From assembly GCA_903885165.1 (NCBI GenBank), contig CAISHO010000084.1, forward strand, positions 6,813 through 70,812: a DNA stretch of 64,000 nucleotides, given 5' to 3'. Below are positions 43,592-57,239 of this stretch, in pieces. Below the pieces are notes generated by a model that did no database searches, had not been told where the DNA came from, and was given only the letters and a program-made list of their open reading frames with translations. This stretch comes from an uncultured Nitrosomonadales bacterium. Its GTDB lineage: Bacteria > Pseudomonadota > Gammaproteobacteria > Burkholderiales > Gallionellaceae. Position numbers and translations under genes: made by a program. Numbering within the stretch: position 1 is the first letter of the stretch; the number at the start of each line of letters is the position of its first letter.

Positions 43592-44671
43592 CTATCTCGC
43601 CAGCGCCCATTCAACGTGTTCGCGCACCAGTTCTGAGGCATGGCAGCGGCGGGCATGCAGCGCAGCAACAATCCCCTCACTTTTCGGTGCATTACCCAGC
43701 GCCACGGCGATGTTACGCAACCATTGTTCATGACCGATGCGATAGATGGCGCTCCCCGCCAGTTTTTCCTTGAACTCATCCTCATCCCAAGCGAACAGTT
43801 CCACCAGACTTACCTCATCCAGACCATGACGCACGGCAAAATCGGCCTCAACCGTGGTTTGCGCGAAGCGATTCCACGGACACGCTAACTGGCAATCATC
43901 GCAACCGTAGATGCGATTACCGATAAGCGGGCGCAACTCGACTGGAATATTTCCTTTTAATTCAATGGTTAAATAAGAAATACAGCGGCGCGCATCCAAC
44001 TGATAAGGTGCGATAATCGCCTGAGTCGGACACACCTCGATACATCGTGTGCAACTACCACAATGCGCAACTACTGGCTCATCAACCGGCAGCGGCAAGT
44101 TCAGGTATATTTCACCCAGAAAAAACCAAGACCCGGCATCACGCGAGAGCAACAGAGTGTGCTTACCCCGCCACCCCAGACCAGACTTACTCGCCAGCTC
44201 CACCTCCAACACCGGCGCGCTGTCGCTAAAAACCCGCCCGTCAAATTCAGCCACCTCATGTCGAATTTTATCGGCCAACTGGCTCAGACGGCGGCGCATC
44301 AGCTTGTGATAATCGCGTCCTAACGCATAGCGGGAAATAAAAGCGCTATCACCTTGTTGCAACACCTGCTCGCTGTCGGCAGCCCCTCTGGCCAAATAAT
44401 TCATCCTCACGCTGATCACGCGCACGGTGCCGGGCACAAGTTCCGCCGGACGACTGCGTTTCACACCGTGTTTTGCCATATAATCCATCTCGCCGTAAAA
44501 CCCCTGCGCCAGCCAATTCAACATACCGGTTTCGGCACAGCGAAGATCCGTATCTGCAATACCTGCTGCCTGAAAACCGAGTTCACGCGCCCATACACCT
44601 ATCATTTTGACAAGCTGGTGATATTTATCCTGTAATGGATTTTGCACTGACTGAGGATTTATATTTTGCAT
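43592..44671 (-). CDS. queG: Epoxyqueuosine reductase
   Basis: SRYALGRDYH, DSAPVLE, CGSCTRCIEVCPTQA, RIYGCDDCQLACPWN. Confidence 0.97.
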   Translation of the reverse strand: MQNINPQSVQNPLQDKYHQLVKMIGVWARELGFQAAGIADTDLRCAETGMLNWLAQGFYGEMDYMAKHGVKRSRPAELVPGTVRVISVRMNYLARGAADSEQVLQQGDSAFISRYALGRDYHKLMRRRLSQLADKIRHEVAEFDGRVFSDSAPVLEVELASKSGLGWRGKHTLLLSRDAGSWFFLGEIYLNLPLPVDEPVVAHCGSCTRCIEVCPTQAIIAPYQLDARRCISYLTIELKGNIPVELRPLIGNRIYGCDDCQLACPWNRFAQTTVEADFAVRHGLDEVSLVELFAWDEDEFKEKLAGSAIYRIGHEQWLRNIAVALGNAPKSEGIVAALHARRCHASELVREHVEWALAR

Positions 44672-44712
44672 GCTCCCGATGATAGCCGAATCTCCCTGCG
44701 GGCACGGTTCAA

Positions 44713-45246
44713 TTGCCACTAATTATGACGATAGCCAACATGCCCGCCCCTAACCCTCCCCCGCATGCGGTAGAGGGAAAGAACGAACGCTCTGCGAATA
44801 GTTCAATTGTGCTCGACGATGAAAATGCCACGCTCGCCCTAGCGACCCGTCTGGCGGCACAGATCAAACCCGGCATGGTGATTTATCTGCACGGCGATCT
44901 GGGTGCGGGTAAAACTTGCCTGGTGCGCGGCGTACTCAATGCCTTGGGATTTAAAGGACGCGTCAAGAGTCCGACTTATACATTACTTGAACCCTACCAT
45001 GCCGCTGGGTTAGACTTACGCCACTTTGACTTATATCGTCTGCAAGATGAAAATGAGTGGGAATTTGCCGGATTTCGCGACGAATTTGATGGAAAATCGA
45101 TATTTTTTATTGAATGGCCCGATAAGGCCAGCTCATTTATTCCTCCGGCAGATTTAGAAATCAGTCTGGATATTTTGCCGCAGGGGCGCCTCGCCGATAT
45201 CAAAGGCAACACCTCAATAGGACTAGCATGTTTAAAGCAGTTATAA
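44713..45246 (+). CDS. tsaE: tRNA threonylcarbamoyladenosine biosynthesis ATPase TsaE (repeat-derived N-terminal extension; exact start uncertain)
   Basis: LHGDLGAGKT, VKSPTYTL, HFDLYRL, IEWP. Confidence 0.95.
   Translation: MPLIMTIANMPAPNPPPHAVEGKNERSANSSIVLDDENATLALATRLAAQIKPGMVIYLHGDLGAGKTCLVRGVLNALGFKGRVKSPTYTLLEPYHAAGLDLRHFDLYRLQDENEWEFAGFRDEFDGKSIFFIEWPDKASSFIPPADLEISLDILPQGRLADIKGNTSIGLACLKQL
44739..44805 (+). repeat. ~70-bp dispersed palindromic element, copy 1
   Basis: catgcccgcccctaaccctcccccgcatgcggtagagggaaagaacgaacgctctgcgaatagttca. Confidence 0.75.
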
Positions 45247-45248
45247 AG

Positions 45249-46574
45249 ATGATTTTATTTTCACTCCGAGTAAGCTGCGGGCTACTGCTGACTGCATGCT
45301 TGTTCATGCCGCCAGCAGCACAGGCCGCCATCGAAATCATCGCCACACGGATATGGCCGGCACAGGATTACACCCGGTTGACGCTGGAGTCGAAGTTGGC
45401 CATACGCCACAACATGTTTTCAGTAGAAAATCCAGATCGTTTAGTCATTGATCTTGAAGGCGTAGAACCGGGCGAAGCACTTAATCAACTCACCAGTAAA
45501 ATAGGTGAAGATGACCCTTACATTAAAAGCGTACGGGTGGCACGTTTTAAACCGGGGGTGGTACGCATGGTGCTTGATCTCAAGAGTCAGGTTAAACCGC
45601 AACTGTTCGACCTGACCCCGGTAGGCGAATATGGTTACCGTCTGGTACTGGACGTCTATCCGGCCAAGGGACATGATGCCATGATGACGCTGCTGGATCA
45701 GGACAAACCTGCCGCACCTGAGGAGATACTACCTGCACCCAACAAACAGACCCCACGCACGCCGCACAGCGAATCGCCTGAAGTCGCCCAACTCCCGACC
45801 ATCAAGACTCCAACTGCACCAACTCACCCGCCCAAAAATCAACCTGAGGTTCGCGCGCGAACCCTGATCATCGCGATCGATGCCGGTCACGGCGGTGAAG
45901 ACCCCGGTGCACGAGGTGGTCGCGGATCGCATGAAAAAGATGTCACCCTAGCGATTGCGCGCCGTTTATGTACGCTGGTCAATGAAACGCCGAATATGCA
46001 TGGCGTGCTGATCCGCGACGGAGACTATTTCATCCCACTGGGAGGACGCGTAGTCAAAGCACGTCAGGCGCGCGCCGATCTGTTCGTCTCGATACACGCG
46101 GATGCGTTTATCAGACCGGATGCACACGGCTCATCCGTGTTTGCACTCTCAGAACACGGCGCGACCAGCACCGCCGCACGCTGGCTGGCCAAGAAGGAAA
46201 ATGAGGCGGATTTGATCGGTGGTGTCAACATCGCCGTCAAAGATCCGTATCTGGCGCGCACGCTGCTTGACCTGTCGCAAACCGCCACCATCAATGACAG
46301 CATACGACTGGCCCGACACGTGCTGGGCGAACTGGACAACATCAACGATTTGCACAGCGGCCACGTCGAACAGGCAGGCTTTGCCGTGCTCAAGTCGCCG
46401 GATATCCCTTCGATACTGGTTGAAACCGCGTTTATCAGCAACCCCAGCGAAGAGGCTCGTCTGAACGACGAAGGCTATCAGACCAAATTAGCCAATGCAG
46501 TACTGGGCGGCATCAAACGTTACTTCGCACAAAACCCGGCCCTATCCAAACAGAATATCGCGCAAAACTACTGA
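45249..46574 (+). CDS. amiC: N-acetylmuramoyl-L-alanine amidase (AMIN + Amidase_3)
   Basis: AMIN domain (RIWPAQDYTRLTLE), IDAGHGGEDPGA, FVSIHADA, LVETAFISN. Confidence 0.92.
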   Translation: MILFSLRVSCGLLLTACLFMPPAAQAAIEIIATRIWPAQDYTRLTLESKLAIRHNMFSVENPDRLVIDLEGVEPGEALNQLTSKIGEDDPYIKSVRVARFKPGVVRMVLDLKSQVKPQLFDLTPVGEYGYRLVLDVYPAKGHDAMMTLLDQDKPAAPEEILPAPNKQTPRTPHSESPEVAQLPTIKTPTAPTHPPKNQPEVRARTLIIAIDAGHGGEDPGARGGRGSHEKDVTLAIARRLCTLVNETPNMHGVLIRDGDYFIPLGGRVVKARQARADLFVSIHADAFIRPDAHGSSVFALSEHGATSTAARWLAKKENEADLIGGVNIAVKDPYLARTLLDLSQTATINDSIRLARHVLGELDNINDLHSGHVEQAGFAVLKSPDIPSILVETAFISNPSEEARLNDEGYQTKLANAVLGGIKRYFAQNPALSKQNIAQNY

Positions 46575-46597
46575 GGCAACCTCGTGTTGAAAATGCC

Positions 46598-47545
46598 ATG
46601 GATCAGCGACTCATCAGGATTTTAGGCGGAACCACCGAACACTACCCATACGCACTGGAGAATAAATATCCACGCATCCTGGAGACGATCATGTCGCTCT
46701 GGGATCACGACGAAATCGATCCTTATTTCATGGAGTTGATGGTCAGCGACCGAGAGGGTCGTGGCGGTTTCCCGCCCGATGTGGCCGCCAACATTATGCG
46801 ACTGAGCCTGCTCCACGCAGCTCAGGAAAAACCGGATAAAATCAAAGATATATGGGATGCTTCCGCCACCGCTTTCGTCAACTTCAAACCGCAACCTCTC
46901 ACCGAATGGATCAATCCAACCGACACGCTCATCGATGCACTGCAAAAAATCAACCTGCCCTGCACGCCGGCTGCCTTTTTTGAAGCCATTGAAACGGGCA
47001 ACCGCACTGCATTGGCTTTGTTTATCGATGCCAAAATAAACACTGACATTCGCGATAACCGGGGCTGGACGCCGCTGATGGCCGCCGCCTTCCGTGGACA
47101 AAATGAAATCATCGATTTGCTCATCCGGCATGGCGCCGAGATTAATGCAATCGACTCAGGCGGAAACACGGCGCTGCACTGGGCCGCATTTAGCGGGCAT
47201 ACGGATTGCGCCCGGCAGTTGATTGCACATTCGGCCAGTATCGATCTGCGTAACCACTTTGGCTGGACCCCTCTGATACAGGCCGCCGCACGCAATCACG
47301 CAGAGGTCCTGTCCCTGTTGATATCCAGCGGTGTCAATCTCGACACCTGTGCCAATGACGGCTATACCGCACTGCACAAGGCGGCCGAGTTGGGTTATGG
47401 CGAAATCGCGCAACTGCTGCTGGCTCGGGGAGCGAACCCGGATCTGGCCAACAGCGAGGAAAATACGCCGTTAAAGCTTGCCATCAAAAACAAACAGGAC
47501 GAAATGGTGAAGTTATTAACCTCCGTCCCCAACAACCCTGCATGA
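46598..47545 (+). CDS. Ankyrin repeat protein with an uncharacterised N-terminal domain
   Basis: About 6 ankyrin units (GWTPLMAAA, GNTALHWAA, GWTPLIQAA, GYTALHKAA). Confidence 0.9.
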   Translation: MDQRLIRILGGTTEHYPYALENKYPRILETIMSLWDHDEIDPYFMELMVSDREGRGGFPPDVAANIMRLSLLHAAQEKPDKIKDIWDASATAFVNFKPQPLTEWINPTDTLIDALQKINLPCTPAAFFEAIETGNRTALALFIDAKINTDIRDNRGWTPLMAAAFRGQNEIIDLLIRHGAEINAIDSGGNTALHWAAFSGHTDCARQLIAHSASIDLRNHFGWTPLIQAAARNHAEVLSLLISSGVNLDTCANDGYTALHKAAELGYGEIAQLLLARGANPDLANSEENTPLKLAIKNKQDEMVKLLTSVPNNPA

Positions 47546-47768
47546 TGCGAGGAAAATCACATAAACCAATAAATTCAATACAATCAACAAGTTATAAATA
47601 ATTTTGCAAGCCGATCATTGCCAACCGGCCTTTCGGCGGCGCAAGCAATGCACCGCGAAGAAATTGAGCGTTTGCCGCGCACCCTCATTTATAGGTAATA
47701 TCGCGCCTATTGCACTCACGGGGTCGCATGACCTTCCCCCTTTAATTCACTACTCATTCAGGAATACT

Positions 47769-48590
47769 ATGTCCGAATTACAACAGATTATCGAAGCCGC
47801 TTTTGAACGTCGTGCCGACATCACCCCGCGCAACGCAGATGCTCAACTCAAAGAAGCCGTAGACTCAGTGATCATGCAACTGGATCAGGGTAAATTGCGC
47901 GTCGCAGAAAAAATCGACGGCGACTGGGTCACCCATCAGTGGCTGAAAAAGGCCGTGCTGCTGTCATTCCGTCTGGAAGATAACGCCTTCATCAAGGGTG
48001 GTTTCACTAACTACTACGATAAAGTGCCATCAAAATTTGCCGACTACAACAGCCGTGACTTCCGTGAAGGCGGTTTCCGCGTTGTTCCTCCGGCCGCAGC
48101 ACGCCGTGGTGCCTACATCGCCAAAAACGTGGTTCTGATGCCATCCTATGTCAACATCGGTGCGTTTATCGATGAAGGCACTATGGTCGACACCTGGGCG
48201 ACGGTTGGTTCCTGCGCGCAGATCGGCAAGAACGTACATCTGTCAGGCGGCGTGGGTATCGGCGGCGTGCTGGAACCGGTCCAGGCCAATCCCACCATCA
48301 TCGGTGACAATTGCTTCGTCGGCGCACGTTCAGAAATCGTCGAAGGCGTGATTCTGGAAGACAACGTGGTGATCTCGATGGGCGTGTTCATTGGTCAAAG
48401 CACCAAGATCTACGATCGCGAAACCGGCACCGTAACTTATGGCCGTGTTCCGGCAGGCTCTGTGGTTGTCAGCGGCAGCATGCCTTCACCGGATGGCAAA
48501 TACAGCCTGTACTGCGCGGTGATCGTCAAAAAAGTCGATGCTAAAACACTGTCCAAAGTCGGCATCAACGAACTGTTACGCGGCATCTAA
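47769..48590 (+). CDS. dapD: Tetrahydrodipicolinate N-succinyltransferase
   Basis: [41 protein letters not shown]. Confidence 0.98.
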   Translation: MSELQQIIEAAFERRADITPRNADAQLKEAVDSVIMQLDQGKLRVAEKIDGDWVTHQWLKKAVLLSFRLEDNAFIKGGFTNYYDKVPSKFADYNSRDFREGGFRVVPPAAARRGAYIAKNVVLMPSYVNIGAFIDEGTMVDTWATVGSCAQIGKNVHLSGGVGIGGVLEPVQANPTIIGDNCFVGARSEIVEGVILEDNVVISMGVFIGQSTKIYDRETGTVTYGRVPAGSVVVSGSMPSPDGKYSLYCAVIVKKVDAKTLSKVGINELLRGI

Positions 48591-48593
48591 ACT

Positions 48594-48669
48594 AGGATGG
48601 AAGATCGAAGATTGAGGAGCGAGGAAAACCTGAGCCTACCTCAATCCTCATTCCTCATTCCTCAATCCT
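48594..48669. repeat. Inverted heptamer arrays forming a long imperfect hairpin
   Basis: aggatgg-aagatcg-aagattg-aggagcg versus caatcct-cattcct-cattcct-caatcct. Confidence 0.8.
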
Positions 48670-48685
48670 GTTTTGGGAGCTTTCG

Positions 48686-49839
48686 ATGATCGTCACACCT
48701 CTGCTGAAGCTGGCATCTGACCGGAAAGCGTCCGACCTGTTCTTCTCGGTCGGTGCGCCGGTCAACATCAAGATCGACGGCGTCACCGTTCCTGTCAACG
48801 CGCAACTGATGAATGCGGAGACCATCAAACGGATCGCTTACGAATTGATGTCCTCGCGGCAGATCATCGAATTCGAAGCCAGCATGGAAATGAACTTTTC
48901 CTATCGCGTAGAGGGATTGGGAAGTTTTCGCGTCAATGTATTCCGGCAACGCGGCGATGTCGCCGTCGTGATCCGTCATATCCGCAGTAAAATCAACACT
49001 GTGGACGACCTGCGCCTGCCCTCCGTGCTCAAAAAATTGATCATGGAAAAACGCGGGCTGATTCTGGTCGTAGGTGCAACGGGTTCAGGAAAATCCACCA
49101 CGCTAGCCTCGATGATCGAGCACCGTGCCGAGATACAGGGCGGTCATATTCTGACCATAGAAGATCCGATTGAATATATTTTTCAACACGGAAAATCTGT
49201 CGTCAATCAGCGTGAAATCGGCACCGACACACAGTCGTACGACAATGCTTTATCGGCGGCGATGCGCGAAGCGCCCGATGTGTTGATGATAGGTGAAGTG
49301 CGCGATCGCGAAACGCTCAAGCAATCGCTGATCTTTGCGCAAACTGGTCATTTATGTCTGACCACCTTGCACGCCAACAACAGTTATCACGCCTTGAACC
49401 GCATCGTGAATTTCTTCCCCTACGACTCGCGCCAAAGCGTGCTCTCCGATCTGGCGATGTGTTTGCGCGCGGTTATTTCACAACGTCTGGTTCGCACCAC
49501 GCAAGGCAAGCTGGTTCCGGTGGTGGAAATTTTGCTCAATACCACCCTGATTGCCGACCTGATCAAGGATGATGAAATCGACAAGGTCCGCGAGGCGATC
49601 GAAAAAAGCGTCTCTAGCGGTTCGCAAACCTTTGAGCAGGCCTTATACAAACTGTTCAAGGACGGCGAAATCACCAAGGAAGAGGCAATGCGCAATGCGG
49701 ATTCAGCCAGCAACTTATCCGCGCTGGTCGACTTCTCAGAACGCACGACCACCATGCACGTACCCATTTATACACCTCCCGAAACGCCCAAACCGGCTAA
49801 ACCTGACTTCACCAACATCAAACTCGATCTGGATGTATC

Positions 49840-49843
<4 letters not shown>
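48686..49843 (+). CDS. pilU: PilT/PilU family type IV pilus retraction ATPase (PilU-like)
   Basis: ASDLFFSVGAP, GATGSGKSTT, TIEDPIE, AMREAPDVLMIGEVRD, TLHANN. Confidence 0.9.
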
Positions 49844-52329
<2,486 letters not shown>

Positions 52330-52511
52330 AATATAAATTCAGAATTTCGGGATGAAGTACCAGGAGCCGCGCAGAGAATGACGAGACATACCGCAAAGGT
52401 AGGCGAGGAATGAGCGAGCACGGGACGCAGGGAGCGGAAGGGTCGATGCGTAAGAATCGGGGCACCCCCGGCCTACCCCTTGCGGGTGAATTCGCCCGAA
52501 AAATGGATTTT

Positions 52512-53327
52512 ATGCCTGTTGAGCATTACGAGAACTTCCCGGTCGCATCCATCCTGATGCCCAAACGGCTGCGTCGTCCGGTGGCGGCGATTTATCATTT
52601 CGCAAGAGCTGCTGACGATATTGCCGACGAGGGAGATTTATCCGATACCGAGCGGTTGCAAGGGCTGGCTGCATTTCGCGAAGAGTTAAACCGCATCAGC
52701 CAAAACGAAGCGCCGGCAACACCCTTGTTTCAAAATCTGCAAGCCACCATCCGGCAGTATGAATTACCGTTGCAGCCGCACTACGATTTGCTCGATGCCT
52801 TCTCGCAGGATGTCGTCCAGAAACGCTACAATAACTACGCCGATCTGCTCGACTACTGCCGTCGCTCCGCCAATCCGGTAGGCATACTGATGCTGCACCT
52901 GTACGGCGAAGCGACACCGGTCAACATCGATTATTCGGATGCGATCTGCACCAGCTTGCAGTTAATCAATTTCTGGCAGGATGTCGCCAAGGATATCGCC
53001 ATCGGGCGCATCTACCTGCCGCTGGACGAGATGGCAAAGTTCGGCGTCACCTCCTCCCAGATTGAACAGCAACTCTGCGATGACAACTGGCGCCGTCTGA
53101 TGCAGTTTCAGGTGACCCGTGCCCGCGCACTGATGCTGCAAGGCGCGCCATTAGGCAGCATACTCACTGGGCGCATCGGACTCGAAATGCGTATGATCAT
53201 CGCCGGCGGATTACGCATCCTGGATAAGATTGAAAAGGTGCAATTCGATGTTTATCGCCGCCGCCCGGTGCTAGGCCCGCTCGACTGGGTTATCATGCTG
53301 GCCAAATCCGCACCCCACTCGTACTAA
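52512..53327 (+). CDS. hpnC: Squalene synthase HpnC
   Basis: HYENFPVAS, ARAADDIADEG, RRSANPVG, NFWQDV; ATG 52512 or 52503 preferred over 52410. Confidence 0.95.
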   Translation: MPVEHYENFPVASILMPKRLRRPVAAIYHFARAADDIADEGDLSDTERLQGLAAFREELNRISQNEAPATPLFQNLQATIRQYELPLQPHYDLLDAFSQDVVQKRYNNYADLLDYCRRSANPVGILMLHLYGEATPVNIDYSDAICTSLQLINFWQDVAKDIAIGRIYLPLDEMAKFGVTSSQIEQQLCDDNWRRLMQFQVTRARALMLQGAPLGSILTGRIGLEMRMIIAGGLRILDKIEKVQFDVYRRRPVLGPLDWVIMLAKSAPHSY

Positions 53328-53328
53328 C

Positions 53329-54162
53329 ATGACTCCAGACCAATATTGCCAGGAAAAAGCCGCTGCCAGCGGTTCCAGTTTTTACTACAGCTTTATGTTC
53401 CTCCCCAAAGAAAAGCGCCGCGCGATCATCGCGCTGTACGCCTTCTGCCGCGAGGTGGACGACGTGGTGGATGAATGCACCGACGAACAGGTCGCCCGCA
53501 CCACGCTCAACTGGTGGCGCGGTCAGGTGGCTGAGATCTACGGCGGCAAACCGCAACATCCGGTCGCCATCGCGCTGATTCCTGTCGTTGTAAAATTCAA
53601 CATGGCGCAGGAACTGCTGCTTGAGATCATCGACGGCATGGAGATGGATCTGGATCAGCCGCGCTACAACGATTTCAAATCGCTGCAACTGTATTGCTAC
53701 CGCGTCGCCTCGGTGGTCGGTCTGTTGTCGGTGGAGATTTTCGGCTACACCGATCGTCAGACACTCAAATATGCTCACGACTTAGGCATCGCCTTTCAGC
53801 TCACCAACATCATCCGCGATATCGGCGAAGACGCCAGACGCAACCGCATCTATCTGCCCATGGACGAGATGCAGCAGTTCGGCGTCACAGCAGCGGACAT
53901 CCTCAATGCGAATGAGACCGAAAATTTCCATAAACTCATGGAATTCCAGATCGAACGCGCGGAAGGTTTTTACCAGCAGGCACTCGCACAATTGCCACCC
54001 GTCGACCGTAAAAACCAGCGCACAGGCCTAATCATGGCGGCGATCTATCGCGCCACACTGGATGAAGTCAAAGCTTCCGGTTGCCATGTCTTAAAGGAGC
54101 GCATCTCCCTCACCCCGCTGCGTAAACTGTGGCTGGCATGGACGACCTGGGTCAAATCCTAG
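53329..54162 (+). CDS. hpnD: Presqualene diphosphate synthase HpnD
   Basis: SGSSFYYSF, FCREVDDVVD, TNIIRDIGEDA. Confidence 0.95.
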   Translation: MTPDQYCQEKAAASGSSFYYSFMFLPKEKRRAIIALYAFCREVDDVVDECTDEQVARTTLNWWRGQVAEIYGGKPQHPVAIALIPVVVKFNMAQELLLEIIDGMEMDLDQPRYNDFKSLQLYCYRVASVVGLLSVEIFGYTDRQTLKYAHDLGIAFQLTNIIRDIGEDARRNRIYLPMDEMQQFGVTAADILNANETENFHKLMEFQIERAEGFYQQALAQLPPVDRKNQRTGLIMAAIYRATLDEVKASGCHVLKERISLTPLRKLWLAWTTWVKS

Positions 54163-54169
54163 CAAAACA

Positions 54170-55486
54170 ATGACTAAAGGCTTTTTCAATGCCGCCGTGA
54201 TCGGTGGTGGTTACGCAGGGATGGCGGCCGCCGCCCGGCTTGCCGAACTGGACATTCCGGTGACCGTGTTCGAGAGTGCAAGACAACTGGGTGGTCGGGC
54301 GCGCGGCGTCGGCTACGAGAATACTCAGCTCGATAACGGCCAGCATCTCTTGCTAGGCTGCTATCACCAGACTCTGGCGCTGATCGAACAGGTCGGCGGC
54401 AATGTCACAGAGGATTTTTTACACCTGCCGCTGCAACTGGAACTGCACGGTCATTTTTCCCTGAAAGTCCCCCGCCTGCCCGCGCCATTTCATCTATTGT
54501 TCGCACTGTTGTTCGCACACGGTTTGAGCTTTGCCGAACGATTGAGCGCTGCGCGCTTCATGCAGGCAATGAAAAATAATAATTTCAAAATAATCAAAGA
54601 TATAAGCGTCAGATCGCTATTATCAGAACACAAGCAAAGTCCGGCACTGATCCAGAAACTTTGGGAACCGCTGTGTATCGCGGCGCTCAACACCCCGCTC
54701 CGTATCGCATCCGGCCAGGTATTGCTGAATGTTTTAAGGGATGCATTGAATCAGACGCGTTCCGACAGCGACATGCTGCTGCCGCGCATTAATTTCACCG
54801 CACTGTTTCCCGCCCGTGCCGAAAAATATATAAAGCGACGTGGCGGACATGTGTTGACCTCCTGTGGCGTAGAGCAACTGCTACCCCACGAACACGGTTT
54901 CGAGATCATCACCAAACGCGGCAGCCTGTTCTTCAGCCACGTGATCTGCGCGACCCCGCCGGTCATCACGGCCAAACTTCTGCGCCCGTATCCAGCGCTC
55001 GCGCCCGTCGTCGCACAAATCGATGCGCTGCAACATCAGCCCATCTATACCGTGTATCTGCAATATCCGGCATCTGTCCGTCTGCCTCACCCCATGCTGG
55101 GCTTGCATCAACGCTATAGTCAGTGGCTGTTCGACAAGGGGCAGATCGCAGGACAAGACGGACTGATCGCGGCAGTCATCAGCGCGGAAGGCTTGCATCA
55201 GGAATTATCTCAAGATGAACTGGCGCAAAGAGTGATCGCCGAATTAAAGGATGAATTCGGCTTCAGCGAAGCCCCCCGCTGGTACAAAGTCATCGCGGAA
55301 AAACGTGCGACCTTTGCCTGCACACCAGACCTTAACCGCCCGGCACAACAAACGCCACGCGCCAATCTATTGCTCGCGGGCGATTACACCAAAGGCGATT
55401 ACCCAGCGACACTAGAAGGTGCCGTGCAAAGCGGCATCCACTGCGCCGAGATCATCGAGCAAGACGCTATTTCTAACTCACACTAG
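54170..55486 (+). CDS. hpnE: Hydroxysqualene dehydroxylase HpnE
   Basis: GGGYAGMAAA, LGGRAR, DNGQHLLLGCY, YPATLEGAVQSG. Confidence 0.95.
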   Translation: MTKGFFNAAVIGGGYAGMAAAARLAELDIPVTVFESARQLGGRARGVGYENTQLDNGQHLLLGCYHQTLALIEQVGGNVTEDFLHLPLQLELHGHFSLKVPRLPAPFHLLFALLFAHGLSFAERLSAARFMQAMKNNNFKIIKDISVRSLLSEHKQSPALIQKLWEPLCIAALNTPLRIASGQVLLNVLRDALNQTRSDSDMLLPRINFTALFPARAEKYIKRRGGHVLTSCGVEQLLPHEHGFEIITKRGSLFFSHVICATPPVITAKLLRPYPALAPVVAQIDALQHQPIYTVYLQYPASVRLPHPMLGLHQRYSQWLFDKGQIAGQDGLIAAVISAEGLHQELSQDELAQRVIAELKDEFGFSEAPRWYKVIAEKRATFACTPDLNRPAQQTPRANLLLAGDYTKGDYPATLEGAVQSGIHCAEIIEQDAISNSH

Positions 55487-55581
55487 GCCGTCTCAAACGG
55501 CGAACTGGAAACATGAGGTCATTCGTGCCACAATCGCAAGTTAGAGACGTATAAACCACTAAATTGATCACGCAAAGCACT

Positions 55582-57114
55582 ATGACAACCGAAACCACCA
55601 CTCCCCAGTCCGAAAAACTTCCAGATGCACATCCGAATGACGATAATCAGATTATTGCCGAGCGCCGCAACAAGCTGGCTGCTATCCGCAAAGCGGGTGT
55701 CGCTTTCCCAAATGACTTCAACCGCACGCATCTGGCGGGAAACCTGCATGACGAATTAGGTCACATGTCCCACGAAGATCTGGAAGCTGCGCAACTGCAG
55801 GTGAATGTCGCCGGGCGCATGATGTTGAAACGCGTGATGGGCAAGGCCAGTTTCGCCACTTTGCAGGACATGAGCGGGCGCATCCAGTTGTTCATCAGCA
55901 ACAATGAGATCGGCGAGGAAGCGCACGGCGCCTTCAAGCATTACGATCTGGGTGATATTCTGGGTGCTGCGGGCGTGGTTTTCAAGACCAAGACAGGTGA
56001 ACTTTCGGTGCGCGTCACACAGTTACGCATGCTGACCAAGTCACTGCGCCCGCTGCCGGAAAAATTCCACGGCCTGTCCGATCAGGAGCAAAAGTACCGC
56101 CAGCGTTATCTCGACCTGATCACCAATCCGGATGCGCGCAGCGTATTTATCAAGCGCACCAAAATCATTCAGGCGATCCGCGAATTCTTCATCGGCGAAG
56201 GTTATATGGAAGTGGAAACCCCGATGATGCATTCGATTCCGGGCGGGGCATCTGCAAAACCTTTCGTCACCCACCACAATGCGCTGGATATGGAGATGTT
56301 TTTGCGCATCGCGCCGGAACTATATCTCAAGCGGCTAGTGGTCGGTGGCTTTGAAAAAGTCTTTGAAATCAATCGTAATTTTCGCAACGAAGGTTTGTCT
56401 ACTCGCCACAACCCTGAATTCACCATGCTGGAATTCTACGAAGCCTATCGCGATTACAAATATCTGATGAACTTCACCGAACGCCTGCTAAGAGAAGTCG
56501 CGCAAAAAGTACTGGGCACCACGCAGCTCACCTATCAGGGACGCGAACTGGATTTGAGTCAGCCATTCCATCGCCTGACCATGGTTCAGGCCATCCAGAA
56601 ATATCATCCGCAATTTACCGATGAGCAACTGGCCGACCGCGAATTCGTACTGGCCGAGTTGCAAGACTTGAAAGCCAAGCACAATCCAAAAGATGCGTTG
56701 GGCGGTCTGCAATTATCTCTGTTTGAAGAGTTGTCCGAGACATTGCTGTTTGAACCTACCTTTATCATCGACTATCCGGTGGAAGTCTCACCGCTGGCAC
56801 GCAGCAGTGATGCGAACCCTGCGATCACCGAGCGCTTCGAATTATTCATATTGGGACGCGAACTGGCCAACGGATTCTCCGAGTTGAACGACGCCGAAGA
56901 TCAGGAAGCCCGTTTCGATGCGCAAGTCATGGCCAAAGAAGCCGGCGACGAAGAGGCGATGTATAAGGATGCTGATTATATACGCGCGCTGGAATACGGC
57001 CTGCCACCAACAGCAGGAGAGGGCATCGGTATCGACCGCCTGATCATGATGCTGACTGACTGCGCCAGCATACGCGACGTGATCCTGTTCCCGCAGATGC
57101 GTGCGCAAGCCTAA
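55582..57114 (+). CDS. lysS: Lysyl-tRNA synthetase (class II)
   Basis: [42 protein letters not shown]. Confidence 0.98.
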   Translation: MTTETTTPQSEKLPDAHPNDDNQIIAERRNKLAAIRKAGVAFPNDFNRTHLAGNLHDELGHMSHEDLEAAQLQVNVAGRMMLKRVMGKASFATLQDMSGRIQLFISNNEIGEEAHGAFKHYDLGDILGAAGVVFKTKTGELSVRVTQLRMLTKSLRPLPEKFHGLSDQEQKYRQRYLDLITNPDARSVFIKRTKIIQAIREFFIGEGYMEVETPMMHSIPGGASAKPFVTHHNALDMEMFLRIAPELYLKRLVVGGFEKVFEINRNFRNEGLSTRHNPEFTMLEFYEAYRDYKYLMNFTERLLREVAQKVLGTTQLTYQGRELDLSQPFHRLTMVQAIQKYHPQFTDEQLADREFVLAELQDLKAKHNPKDALGGLQLSLFEELSETLLFEPTFIIDYPVEVSPLARSSDANPAITERFELFILGRELANGFSELNDAEDQEARFDAQVMAKEAGDEEAMYKDADYIRALEYGLPPTAGEGIGIDRLIMMLTDCASIRDVILFPQMRAQA

Positions 57115-57152
57115 CGGGCACGAAAAATTCACACCTTAATAATGAAACTCAC

Positions 57153-57226
57153 CATGCCCGTTCCCCCTTATCAACCTTCCCCCGCAAGCAGGGGAAGGGG
57201 CGGACGAACGCTTACGCGAATTTCAC
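57153..57226 (+). repeat. ~70-bp dispersed palindromic element, copy 3 (intergenic)
   Basis: catgcccgttcccccttatcaaccttcccccgcaagcaggggaaggggcggacgaacgcttacgcgaatttcac. Confidence 0.75.
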
Positions 57227-57239
57227 ATCAATCTCGGCT

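Noticed and set aside
48594-48669. CRISPR-like array (also considered for the other repeat clusters)
   Set aside because: Units are 7 bp with no unique spacers and there are no cas genes
55486-55501. AGGCCGTCTCAA resembling a Neisseria DNA uptake sequence
   Set aside because: One mismatch, single copy, and part of a small hairpin after hpnE
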